Shown: positions 7,926-17,680, counted from the stretch's first letter. The stretch is 38,244 bases of DNA from Gammaproteobacteria bacterium (GCA_050485745.1 JBJHBY010000004.1:1-38244), one strand, 5' to 3'. The notes: generated from the sequence alone by a model not told the origin. Translations and numbers: made by a program.

Positions 7926-8771
7926 ATGTCTGCGAACAGACCTGTTGCCCTGATCACCGGCGCCAGCCGCGGCATCGGTGCCAATATCGCCCTGCACCTG
8001 GCGCACGCCGGTTATGACCTGGCGTTGAGCGCACGCACCGTCAGTGACGGTGAGGTGCGGGATCACTCGCCCGCTGCGAGCCGACAACTGCTGACGGCAC
8101 TGCCCGGCAGCCTCGCGGCCACCGCGGAGGCGGCCCGTGCCGCCGGTGCGAAGGTGCTCGTGGTGGCGGCGGATCTGTGTGATCGCGAGGCCCTGCGCGC
8201 CGTAGTGGAGCGCACGCTCGCCGAACTGGGTGCGGTCGATGTGCTGGTCAACAACGGTCAGTTCATTGGCCCCGGCCATATGGAGCCGTTTCTGGATGCT
8301 CCCTTCAATGGTATCGAGGGGCATATCCAGGGCAATTTGCTGGCACCCCTGTGGCTTTCTCACCTGGTGCTGCCCGGTATGGTCGCCCGCGGTGGTGGTG
8401 TGGTCATCAATATCAGCTCCGCCGCCGGCGAGTGGGACCCGCCGGCGCCGCCCGGGCAGGGTGGCTGGGGCCTCGCCTACGGCGTGTCGAAGGCCGGTAT
8501 GAACCGCATTGCCGGCTGCCTGCACGCCGAACTCAAGGGGCAGGGTGTCACCGCGCTCAATGTGCACCCGGGCTTCGTGGCGGTGGAGCGCATGCGCCAG
8601 GACGAGGCCGTGCTGGGGGTGGATGCCAGCGTTGGTGCACCCCCGGACGTCGTGGGCGCCTGTGTCGCCTGGCTGCTGGCGGACCCGGAGCGGCTGGCGC
8701 GCTTTGCCGGCAAGACGGTGGAGGCCCAGGATGTGTGCCGCAACGAGGGGCTGTTGCCGGGTTGGGGATGA
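7926..8771 (+). CDS. short-chain dehydrogenase/reductase (SDR)
   Basis: TGASRGIG Rossmann motif, DVLVNN, NISS, catalytic YGVSK; ATG 7926 after GGGAG. Confidence 0.9.
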   Translation: MSANRPVALITGASRGIGANIALHLAHAGYDLALSARTVSDGEVRDHSPAASRQLLTALPGSLAATAEAARAAGAKVLVVAADLCDREALRAVVERTLAELGAVDVLVNNGQFIGPGHMEPFLDAPFNGIEGHIQGNLLAPLWLSHLVLPGMVARGGGVVINISSAAGEWDPPAPPGQGGWGLAYGVSKAGMNRIAGCLHAELKGQGVTALNVHPGFVAVERMRQDEAVLGVDASVGAPPDVVGACVAWLLADPERLARFAGKTVEAQDVCRNEGLLPGWG

Positions 8772-8785
8772 GGACTGCCGGGAAT

Positions 8786-8927
8786 TGTCCGGATTTTGTA
8801 CAGCCAGGTGTCGTGTGGTTTTACAGTTGAGCGCGACGCTGGCTGTTACCGTTCGCTTCGATTGTTCGGGCACTTTTGTAACATTATGATTTGGAATAAA
8901 AATATTATTTATGGTCCATAAAGTGCA
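8786..8927 (+). promoter_or_regulatory. sigma54 promoter with two upstream activator sites and a probable IHF site
   Basis: TGT-N11-ACA at 8786-8802 and 8809-8825 (second ends TTTACA); IHF-like AATCATAATGTTA on minus strand 8879-8891; TGGTCCATAAAGTGCA (GG-N10-GC) at 8912-8927. Confidence 0.65.
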
Positions 8928-8995
8928 TAAGTAACGCCAGGCCGGGTTCCACCCCCGGCTGCAGTGCACATTATTTTTATGGATCGAGGTAGCAC

Positions 8996-9622
8996 ATGAC
9001 ATTGAAAGCGAAGCTTGCCGGTACCGCACTGGCCCTGGGTTTTTCCGTCTCCCTGGTGGCCGCGCCGCTGTTCACCATCGAGCACGATTACGGTACGTCC
9101 ACCTACACGCCGCCCAGCCTCGGGGCCGGTACCTGCGACACCCTGAACAGCAACTCAGTCACCGTGCGCACGGGCAGCAACTGCCAGCGTTTCTACGATA
9201 CCTTTGATTTCTCCGACATGACCTTTGGTGAGATCACGCACTTCGAGTTGACGGTGAGCGTCAGTGGCACGAGTAACCAGTTGATCAATGAGAGCTGGCG
9301 TGTACGTCCGGGCGTCTCAGCGACCGAGGCCCCCAATCCGCCGGCCGGCAATGTGCTGCCGAACAATGGCACACAGACCTTCGTCTTCAATGAAGGTAAT
9401 CTGAGCGTCTTCCAGGACATCGTTGACAACGGTGCGTTCTACCTGTGGTTCTCCCAGTATGGCCTGCAGTGGCCTTCGGACCACAACTTCACCCTCCACT
9501 CCGCCTCCCTGAGCGCCTACGGCACCGCCGCCGCAGTGCCCGAGGCCGGCTCCCTGGGTCTGCTGGCCCTGGGTCTGGTGGCCCTGGGTGTGGCGCGTCG
9601 CCGGCAGCAGCCCGCTGTCTGA
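8996..9622 (+). CDS. PEP-CTERM sorting-domain surface protein
   Basis: N-terminal signal peptide; S/T/N-rich body; C-terminal VPEAGSLGLLALGLVALGVARRR (PEP variant, TM helix, basic tail); GAGGT RBS. Confidence 0.85.
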   Translation: MTLKAKLAGTALALGFSVSLVAAPLFTIEHDYGTSTYTPPSLGAGTCDTLNSNSVTVRTGSNCQRFYDTFDFSDMTFGEITHFELTVSVSGTSNQLINESWRVRPGVSATEAPNPPAGNVLPNNGTQTFVFNEGNLSVFQDIVDNGAFYLWFSQYGLQWPSDHNFTLHSASLSAYGTAAAVPEAGSLGLLALGLVALGVARRRQQPAV

Positions 9623-10162
9623 TTTGACGTTGTCATCCGCGCTCTGCTGGTCGGTGGTGACCGGCAGGGCCAAAAAAGAAGCCCCTGACCCACAGGCCGT
9701 TAATTTAATGTATTGATAATGCCGGGTGTAAGAGGTGATGTCTTTTTAAGCGACTTATCGGCGGATTAAATGGGTAAGAAATCTTCCGGTGGCGTGTCGG
9801 AGGCGGAAGACCATCCGCCGCCCGGCGCAACGCCTGCGATTCCCATTCACGGCGGCTTTGGTTCGTGCGGACATCAAAACGCCGGACCTTTCCAGGTAAG
9901 GGCCAGCGGTTGTAGACCGGCGGGATCTCGGTTCATGACGAGGAAACCATGCACGGGCAATCCAGGTATCCGCGGAGCTTGCTCGGATCCGTCGGGAAGT
10001 TCCGCTTCTTCCTGGGTCAGGACTCTGGTGTCAGAGCGGCCTGTTGCTCCGACGTTATCTATTTCCGATGAATGTCGGAACGTCCATGTAGAAATATTCT
10101 CTGGGGTCTTGCCGCCGTTGCCGAAGCACACGTTATTGGAGGAAGAGAGAATGGAGAACGGC

Positions 10163-10606
10163 ATGGAAAATAGGGCGTGGAGGAGAACGCGTTAAGACGA
10201 GTTCACTGCCGTGGAGGCGGTGGTCACCGTAGTTGTGTTCGCGATCCTCTCCGCCTACGCGACACTGGAGCTCTTCGGACTGAAAGAATCGGCCGATGCA
10301 ACCGAGGACGTTCCTAAGATAAAAGTGAGGGAGGCCAGGTTTAGTCAGGAAGCTCTGGATACTGGAAGAGCGGGAGGCAGGCCTGCTATCGGAAGCGCCG
10401 CGGAATTTCGCCAGAAGGTGGTCGCGCAGTCCGCTCCGGATAATGCTCTGATTCCGGTAGATTGGAGGTTCGAGACTTGATACGAAGAGGCCAAGTTAAA
10501 TCAGGCGACGTGGAGCTATATGACTTTAAACAACGCGGATCTCTTCTATATCGAGACGAAATACTCACCAGACGGAGCTTTTCTTTACGATGCCCCGTCA
10601 AAATAA
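10163..10606 (+). pseudogene. type IV pilin / pseudopilin-like pseudogene with two in-frame stops
   Basis: one frame reads MENRAWRRTR*DEFTAVEAVVTVVVFAILSAYATLELFGLKESA...DWRFET*YEEAK...DAPSK* (147 codons); basic leader, F+1/E+5 and hydrophobic helix of prepilins, with G-1 changed to E. Confidence 0.55.
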
Positions 10607-11380
10607 GCGAACCCGAATTACGATGGCCCCTTCGTTTTAAATCAGGATTCTCTTTGGAAAAGAAGATTTTATAAGGCAGATTTCTCCTCGTTGAAGACGA
10701 GGTCCGTCCAGCACGATCCTCTATCAGAACACCTCGATCTGCTTGATCAGCATGAGGTTTGATATATTAACCGTAGTTTCAGGGGAAGCTATGTGGGGGG
10801 AACCATGGAAAGCCGATATAGCCCTGGGAAGGAGCAATAAATTACTCCACTACCGCCCCCAGCCTTGATTCAGAGGATCGAATTTCAACGCAATTGAGCC
10901 TTGGGCCAGAGAGCTCAGACTTGATTACTCATTCTATTCCGGCAGGTATGAGGTTCTGTACTTAATACGAGGATTATCGGGCTTCTCGTCGTCGAATATG
11001 AATGCATGGCACGAACAGGAGGCGGGTGGATGGAGAGGAAGCGGTGTGTTCTCTTCGGGTCCTGATATCGGCATCCCCACCCCCGCCCCGGGTGCTCTTC
11101 CTTCCGGCCCGGGAGGGAGGAAACTATCCTGTGGCAGCAGTCGGCTCCGGCTAGTGTGTGTCTTCGGGCAGAAAGCTTCCGAATTACAAGAGCTTCTCGA
11201 ATACTCTGACGAGCTCTCCGGCCGATCCGGTTGCCGAGCTTGTGAGCGAGGCCGTCGGCGATTCGACGAGCTGTCCAAGATACGTTATCGAGCGGGCCGG
11301 CTCCCGATCGGGATGGCCCCGAAATGCCGGACGGGTTAAGATTCGAAAGCCTTCGAATGACATAATAAACAGGTCGGATC

Positions 11381-14300
11381 ATGGAATACGAGCAACGGAC
11401 AGGCGAATATCAGGCCAACGATGCAGACAACCTCGTCGGAGAGCTGTTCTCTGGAGGTATTACCGTCGGCGAAGCGATTGAACGGCTGAGAACGCGCCTG
11501 CTGGACTTGTCCGGGCGGAACCGGCTACTCAACTATCGGCACCCGAAAGGGCGTTGCATACAGATCGTCGACGAGCCTAACATCAACCTCGTGTTCGATC
11601 GTCTCTATGTGGACGGCAAAGGCGTTCCTTTCAAATACGTGTCAGAGCCGCCACCCGACTTCTACGAGGGAAAAAGACCGGAGGCCAGGATTTACGCTCC
11701 GCGAGTCGGCATCTCGACGTCGTTCGAGTTTTCTCCGAATCCGGAGGGTTCTTCCGGTCGTCGGCTGCACGGAATACAAACCCTGCTGTATCCAGCCGAT
11801 CTTGAGCGGAAACTGCGAAAAATATCCAGCGAGGCCAAAACGGCGGTGGAGGAGACCGGCTCCAATATGCTGTTCCTCGTGTTCGGATTTCTCGAATTCT
11901 ACGATAGCGAGGACTCGGAGCGTCCAATGCTGGCCCCGCTCCTCTCCCTTCCCGTAATCCTGGTTCGCGGTGACATAGATCAAGAGACTCGCACCTATCA
12001 GTACACGGTTCAGCACAACGGTGAGGATTTGGCCGAGAACCATACGTTGCGGGAGAAATTGAGGCGGGATTTCATGCTCTCCATTCCTGAGTTCGGGGAG
12101 GAGGATGTGCCAGAGACCTATTTCAGGAACATCGAGGATGCAGTGAAGAATAGGCGTCGCTGGAGGGTGCGACGCCAGATCACACTTGGCATGCTCTCCT
12201 TCGGAAAGCTAGCCATCTGGTCCGATCTGGACAGCAAGAAGAACCCCGCCTTGACAGAGCATCGCCTAATCCACTCCGTCTTCTCTGGCGGGGCGGGCGG
12301 AGGAAGTGGTGACGGCGGTCTGCATGCCGAAGACTATAAAATCGATGATCTTCCGGAGGGTTCGAAGCCCCTCATTTATGACGCCGACTCGTCCCAGCAC
12401 AGCGCGATCATCGACGTGCTCGCAGGCAAGAATCTGGTCATCAACGGTCCTCCCGGAACTGGAAAATCGCAGACGATCACCAACATCATTGCGGCGGCCC
12501 TCTCGAGTGGGAAAAAAGTCCTGTTCGTTTCGGAAAAACTGGCGGCACTCGAGGTGGTTAGGCGTAGACTCAACTACGCTGGCCTCGGTCATTTCTGCCT
12601 TGAGTTGCATTCGCACAAGACGCAGAAAAAGAAGTTCCTTGAAGATATAGGAGCGCGCATTGAAAAGAAATTTCCTCCTCCCGCCCAGTTCCAGACGAAG
12701 CTGTCCACGCTCCAGCGACAGAAGGCAGAACTGGCCCGCTATGCCGAGCTGATGGGGAGCCGAGTCGGCAATGCCATGGGCCTTACGATCAACGAGGTAT
12801 TCTGGGCTGCTGAGCGGCGCAGGCAGGAACTCGGAGCCCTGGCGGCGGAGGTGAACGCCATCGGGTTCCCCGACGCAGCCAGCTGGACCCACGACGACGT
12901 CGCCGTCCGCCGTTCCAGCCTTGCGGCGCTGGCGGAATCGTATGATGCCATCGGAGGATACGCGTTGGGTCATCCTTGGTGGGGGTTCCTACCCGAACCT
13001 CTGTCTCCCTCCGACGACGAGATCATCGCGCGGATGATTCATGGAGCGCTCGAACATGCCCGCGTAGCAGATGCCGCCGCCGACAAGGCTGTGGCTTTTT
13101 TCGGACTGAAGGGTCAGCCGTCGGTCGCCGAAGCGAAGAAGATCCGGGTCGCACTCGATTCGGCTCCACCCGTTCCGGACGAGTTGAATCCTTCGCTGTT
13201 GCTCCAGCTCTTCGATCCCAATTTCGACCCGAACGGTCGGCGCAGTTCGCGACTTCTCTCTGATGTCGCCTCCGGGATAGACAAAACAAGGAAGCTTTTC
13301 GAGGCGGCAGCACAATCGCTTGCAGACGGCTGCAGGCTATCCGCCGAGGAGGAAAGAGAAGCTCGCGACATCGCGGAAAACCATCGCCTGACACCATCGC
13401 TACTATCGGCCGACATCGGCATGGCTCACGAAGCAGTCGTGAGACTGGAGAAGTCAGTCGCCGCGTTTGAGGTGGCGGCCAAGGCCTCGGCGCCGGAATA
13501 TGGCCCCGCAGGAAGTGCTGCCTCGGAGTCGTTCTTGGCGGAATTGGCCTCCGAAGAAGCGTCCGGCCTTGGGCCGTTTGCTATCCGATCCATAGCGGAG
13601 AGAGCGGCCGCCGTCATGGAGATCGCCGCCTCCATATCCCAGGCACTATCCCGCGTGGAGGCTATCGTCTCGCGGAGAGGCTTGCCTTTCGACGCGACGC
13701 CTGACTCTGTCGCTCGTCTCGCGGATTCTGACGGGATTGCCGGTCTCGTAAAAGGAATCTGCTGCGACGAGCCGGCTTTGGGGAAGGCCAGACGTTTGTC
13801 TTCATTCGGCCTCGCGCATAAACCCGTCGATGAAATCACCTTGCTAAAGGAACGTCTCGACGCCAACCTGTCCTCCAGTGCCTTGGCGCTGGAGCGCTGC
13901 TCTCAGGTTGCCGAACGCCTCGGAGTTCCGTTCGACTCCTCGGTCAAGGCGGTGGCGGAGGTCAGAGCGCTGGCGCAAATTGCCGAATCTGCGCCTAAGG
14001 AGCTGCTCGAATATCGCAGACCATCGTTCGGATATCCCGCAACTTCGGAACTGATCGACAGAATCCGTGCCGCGCTTTCCGCAGAGAAGACCGGGAGGGA
14101 GTCGTTCGAAAAATTGTTCTACATGGATGCTCTTCCATCTGTCGGAGAAATTAAAAACGCCGTGATTTCCCTTCGCGCCAAGGACGGATTTCTCGCTTTT
14201 TTCGACAGGGATTGGCGTGAAGCCAAAAAACTTCACGCGAGTCTTTCGAGGGAGAGGAGAAGGCTGTCCGGCCGCGATAGATCGGAGGAATTGGCGCAGC

Positions 14301-17300
14301 TTGCCGCATGGATCGAGGCTCGAGACGCTTTTCTGTCGAACGGGGAGTTGATCGAGACTTTCGGAGGATTGTTCAGGGGGCTGGAAACTGACCCGGCGAA
14401 AATCGCTCGGCTCTATAGCTGGTATCAATCCTCAAAGACTGTTCTAGCTAGATGCCCGGGATTGTCGGAGCAGATCGATCTGACCACGACGTCTGCCGAC
14501 CGACTAGCGGAGCTGGCCGCGAAAGCTGAGGCGTGCGAGGCTGACGTCCGGCTTCTGGATAATTTTGGATCAGCTGTTCGTGAGATATTCGGAGCTGATG
14601 TTTCCGGTTTCCGCGAGGCGCTCTCGAAAGGGTATGTCCATGCGTTCGAAGTGCTCGCTCAGGCGTCGGCCAGCATGGAGAAGGTCATCGAATTTTTCGG
14701 AGAGCGAGCCGAGAAAACGTTGTCTCCGAAAGATGCTCTGCGTTTGATGGAGGCTAAGGCCGATCTAGATGCGGCGTCTCCGGATCTTTCGTCTTTAATG
14801 GGTGCGAGAAAGATGCTTAAGACCGCAGGGGGCGACGAACTCGGCGTGCTGGCGGATCTGACCGGGGGGCCTTGGAGTACCGCTCTGACCCACATCTCCG
14901 AGCGAGCCGCGTATGCCGCCGAGATTGCCTCGACAGCAGCTTCCTTCGCAAGTCAGGAGGTTCCCCTCTCTGCGGCGGAGGCTTTTGCCAAGGCCAAGCT
15001 TGAACTCGACGAGGCTTGGTCCGTCGTATCCGCTCCTCCCGCGTGGAATCGATTCGAAAACTGGTTTGATTTGACAGAGGCCGCCCGCTCGAACGCATCT
15101 GCCGCCAGGCAAGTTTTGGAGCGTTTCTCTTCCATTGCGAGGAGCGGCGTCTCAACCTCTGCAGTGTTCTCCGCGATGGACATGGAGAGCGAGGCGAATG
15201 AGATTCTGGATCGCTTCTCCGCGTCGGAAGATGTTCGTCGGATGCTGGGAGAGGTCTTCGAAGGCGCGAAAACCGATCTGCATCTGCTCTCGATTACTCA
15301 TGCTTGGGGTTCAGCGATTTGCGCGTTGAAGCTCCCGAGGGAGATACGGAAAAGCCTGCTCTCGCAGAGTGCTCGCTTCTCTCTCGAAGAGGCGCGACGT
15401 TTCTACAGCGAGGTAGACGACGGCTGCAGTGAGGCAAAAGTCGCACTTGAGGAATTGTCGCGTTTCGGTTCGTTCTCCTGGGATGAGTGGCAGAGAACGG
15501 TCCGTAGCGCCATCGAGCGAGACTTTCCCTCCGAGATTGTCTCAAGGCTGCGCGAGCCGGCGGGAAAGCCCGAATCCATTCTTCCTTGGTCGAAATACCT
15601 CACGCTGAGGAACCAGGTACGGGAGGAGGGTCTCGATGGTTTCGTCTCCGCTCTTGAATCCAAAAGGCTTCCATCGACCGCGCTCGCGTCGGCCTACGAG
15701 CTGGCCGTATATCAGTCGATCGGGCGATCCGTCTATCAGGCTTTTCCCGAGCTGACGCGCTTCAACGGTTCCGCACACGATAAGGTTCGAGCAGATTACC
15801 GTGCGTTGGATGCGAAGATTGTTTCGCTGACAGGAAAGGATTTCGGCAGTCAGATTGAGAGTCGCACTCGAGTCCCTGAAGGACAGCGCGGATCGACGGT
15901 CGGCGACTACACCGAAATGCACCTCCTACGCAGAGAGATTAATAAGAAACGGCGTCATATTCCGATTCGCCAGTTAATCAAGCGAGCGGGCAAGGCCCTT
16001 TTGGAACTGAAGCCGTGCTTCATGATGGGTCCCCTGTCCGTCGCCCAGTATCTGGAACAGGGAGCGCTGAAGTTCGACCTCGTGGTTATGGACGAGGCAT
16101 CCCAGCTTCGCCCTGAAGAGGCTCTCGGCGCCATAGCTCGAGGTTCTCAGCTCGTTGTCGTAGGAGACCCGAAGCAGCTTCCTCCGACAAACTTTTTCGA
16201 CCGAATGGTCGACTCCGGCGACGAGGACGACGAAGACGAGGCTCCGGCCGCCATCAGCGGCATGGAGAGCATCCTGGACATCTGTCAGCAGATTTTCACC
16301 CCTGTAAGGAGTCTCCGCTGGCACTATCGGTCGCAGCACGAGTCCCTGATAGCCTTCTCGAACCACCATTTCTACAAAAACCTGATCATTTTCCCCTCTC
16401 CGTACGCCAAGAATCCCGGACTCGGTGTGAAATACCGCTACGTTCGCGGTGGTGTATACAAGGACAGGCAGAATATTCCGGAGGCACAGCGTTTGGTCGA
16501 CGCTGTTCTGGAACACATGCTCAAACGTCCGGACGAGTCGCTCGGTGTAGTCACGCTGAACCAGACCCAGCGAGAGCTGATCGAGGAGCTTCTGGACAAG
16601 AAGCTGAAAACCTTCGCTGAAGGCGCGGAGTTTATGGAGCGCTGGGAGGCCGAAGGTTGGCCCTTCTTCGTCAAGAATTTGGAGAACGTTCAAGGCGACG
16701 AGCGTGACGTGATCTTCATTTCGACTACGTTCGGCCAGGTGATCGGTACGAATAAGGTTAGACAGAACTTCGGGCCTATAAGCAGGCCCGATGGATGGCG
16801 GCGACTCAACGTGCTGTTCACCCGTTCAAAGCGTAGGATCGAACTGTTCACATCAATGAATCCGGAGGACATTATCGTCGACGAGAAGACTCCGCTTGGA
16901 ACTAAGTCTCTGCGCGACTATCTGGATTTCGCCAAGCGAGGCGTACTCGTTACGACCGACGAGGGAGAACGGGATCCCGACAGCGACTTTGAGGTTTCGG
17001 TAGCCAATGTCATCACGTCCATGGGCTACGAGGTGAAGCCCCAGTTGGGCGTGGCGGGTTTCTTCATAGACATGGCGGTTCGAAATCCCGATAGGCAGGG
17101 AGAGTTTCTGGCTGGTATCGAATGCGACGGGGCCACTTATCATAGCGGCTTCTCAGTCCGCGACAGAGACAGGATTCGGCAAGAGATTCTGGAGTCGCTC
17201 GGCTGGCGGGGCCGAATCCATCGCATCTGGTCGACGGATTGGTTCTACAACCCGCGCAGGGAAATCGAGCGGCTGAGAGGATTCCTCGAGGACCGTCGCC

Positions 17301-17680
17301 GCATATCGGCGATGGAGGGACCGGCGGATTGGGAGGAGGAAGAAGAGATCGACGAGGAAGCCCCCGTTGAACCCGTACAGGCTGCGGTCGCCGAGCTGGT
17401 GGCGGAGCTTGCCGAGTCTGCCGGAAGCGACGACTTGTTCGTGGAAGTCGGAGACCGCGTCACGTATTGCCCCGTCGACGATTCGGCGGATCGCCACAGC
17501 ATCCTGATTGTCGACAGCGAAAGCAATGTAAAGATGGGGCTGGTGAACGAGAATGCTCCGCTTGCCCAAGCTCTGCTCGGACTTGCTCCCGGGGACGAGG
17601 GCGTGTTGGATATCTCGGGCCAGAGATCTCGTCGGATTCGGGTCATCAAAGTTCAGCGACAGGAGGAGCTTTTGCCTTAA
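11381..17680 (+). CDS. DUF4011 - SF1 (Upf1/DNA2-like) helicase - Vsr/REase-like endonuclease - GreA/GreB C-terminal-like domain; Hhe-like anti-phage protein
   Basis: RLLDLSGRNRLLNY and EETGSNMLFLVFGFL (DUF4011); DADSSQ, GPPGTGKSQTITN, VSEKLAAL, DEASQ, GDPKQLPP, LRWHYRS, ENVQGDERD, RRLNVLFTR (SF1 helicase); IDMAV..GIECDGATYH..RDRIRQ..LESLGW..RIWSTDW (nuclease); VEVGDRV..APLAQALLGLAPGD (Gre C-term). Confidence 0.85.
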   Translation: MEYEQRTGEYQANDADNLVGELFSGGITVGEAIERLRTRLLDLSGRNRLLNYRHPKGRCIQIVDEPNINLVFDRLYVDGKGVPFKYVSEPPPDFYEGKRPEARIYAPRVGISTSFEFSPNPEGSSGRRLHGIQTLLYPADLERKLRKISSEAKTAVEETGSNMLFLVFGFLEFYDSEDSERPMLAPLLSLPVILVRGDIDQETRTYQYTVQHNGEDLAENHTLREKLRRDFMLSIPEFGEEDVPETYFRNIEDAVKNRRRWRVRRQITLGMLSFGKLAIWSDLDSKKNPALTEHRLIHSVFSGGAGGGSGDGGLHAEDYKIDDLPEGSKPLIYDADSSQHSAIIDVLAGKNLVINGPPGTGKSQTITNIIAAALSSGKKVLFVSEKLAALEVVRRRLNYAGLGHFCLELHSHKTQKKKFLEDIGARIEKKFPPPAQFQTKLSTLQRQKAELARYAELMGSRVGNAMGLTINEVFWAAERRRQELGALAAEVNAIGFPDAASWTHDDVAVRRSSLAALAESYDAIGGYALGHPWWGFLPEPLSPSDDEIIARMIHGALEHARVADAAADKAVAFFGLKGQPSVAEAKKIRVALDSAPPVPDELNPSLLLQLFDPNFDPNGRRSSRLLSDVASGIDKTRKLFEAAAQSLADGCRLSAEEEREARDIAENHRLTPSLLSADIGMAHEAVVRLEKSVAAFEVAAKASAPEYGPAGSAASESFLAELASEEASGLGPFAIRSIAERAAAVMEIAASISQALSRVEAIVSRRGLPFDATPDSVARLADSDGIAGLVKGICCDEPALGKARRLSSFGLAHKPVDEITLLKERLDANLSSSALALERCSQVAERLGVPFDSSVKAVAEVRALAQIAESAPKELLEYRRPSFGYPATSELIDRIRAALSAEKTGRESFEKLFYMDALPSVGEIKNAVISLRAKDGFLAFFDRDWREAKKLHASLSRERRRLSGRDRSEELAQLAAWIEARDAFLSNGELIETFGGLFRGLETDPAKIARLYSWYQSSKTVLARCPGLSEQIDLTTTSADRLAELAAKAEACEADVRLLDNFGSAVREIFGADVSGFREALSKGYVHAFEVLAQASASMEKVIEFFGERAEKTLSPKDALRLMEAKADLDAASPDLSSLMGARKMLKTAGGDELGVLADLTGGPWSTALTHISERAAYAAEIASTAASFASQEVPLSAAEAFAKAKLELDEAWSVVSAPPAWNRFENWFDLTEAARSNASAARQVLERFSSIARSGVSTSAVFSAMDMESEANEILDRFSASEDVRRMLGEVFEGAKTDLHLLSITHAWGSAICALKLPREIRKSLLSQSARFSLEEARRFYSEVDDGCSEAKVALEELSRFGSFSWDEWQRTVRSAIERDFPSEIVSRLREPAGKPESILPWSKYLTLRNQVREEGLDGFVSALESKRLPSTALASAYELAVYQSIGRSVYQAFPELTRFNGSAHDKVRADYRALDAKIVSLTGKDFGSQIESRTRVPEGQRGSTVGDYTEMHLLRREINKKRRHIPIRQLIKRAGKALLELKPCFMMGPLSVAQYLEQGALKFDLVVMDEASQLRPEEALGAIARGSQLVVVGDPKQLPPTNFFDRMVDSGDEDDEDEAPAAISGMESILDICQQIFTPVRSLRWHYRSQHESLIAFSNHHFYKNLIIFPSPYAKNPGLGVKYRYVRGGVYKDRQNIPEAQRLVDAVLEHMLKRPDESLGVVTLNQTQRELIEELLDKKLKTFAEGAEFMERWEAEGWPFFVKNLENVQGDERDVIFISTTFGQVIGTNKVRQNFGPISRPDGWRRLNVLFTRSKRRIELFTSMNPEDIIVDEKTPLGTKSLRDYLDFAKRGVLVTTDEGERDPDSDFEVSVANVITSMGYEVKPQLGVAGFFIDMAVRNPDRQGEFLAGIECDGATYHSGFSVRDRDRIRQEILESLGWRGRIHRIWSTDWFYNPRREIERLRGFLEDRRRISAMEGPADWEEEEEIDEEAPVEPVQAAVAELVAELAESAGSDDLFVEVGDRVTYCPVDDSADRHSILIVDSESNVKMGLVNENAPLAQALLGLAPGDEGVLDISGQRSRRIRVIKVQRQEELLP

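Noticed and set aside
7695-9029. 444-aa minus-strand ORF
   Set aside because: Mostly antisense to the SDR and crosses two promoters; only its last 18 codons have their own RBS and are kept as the leader peptide
9695-9725. dif/Xer-like site at the island edge
   Set aside because: ATTTAATGTAT only partly matches the XerD arm and there is no XerC arm; better explained as an IHF-like site
10610-11380. Short ORFs before the helicase, including an AGGAGG-preceded MERKRCVLFGS* fragment reminiscent of a minimal nucleotidyltransferase
   Set aside because: Fragments are too short and in inconsistent frames to support a call; treated as decayed DNA pending a frameshift-aware search
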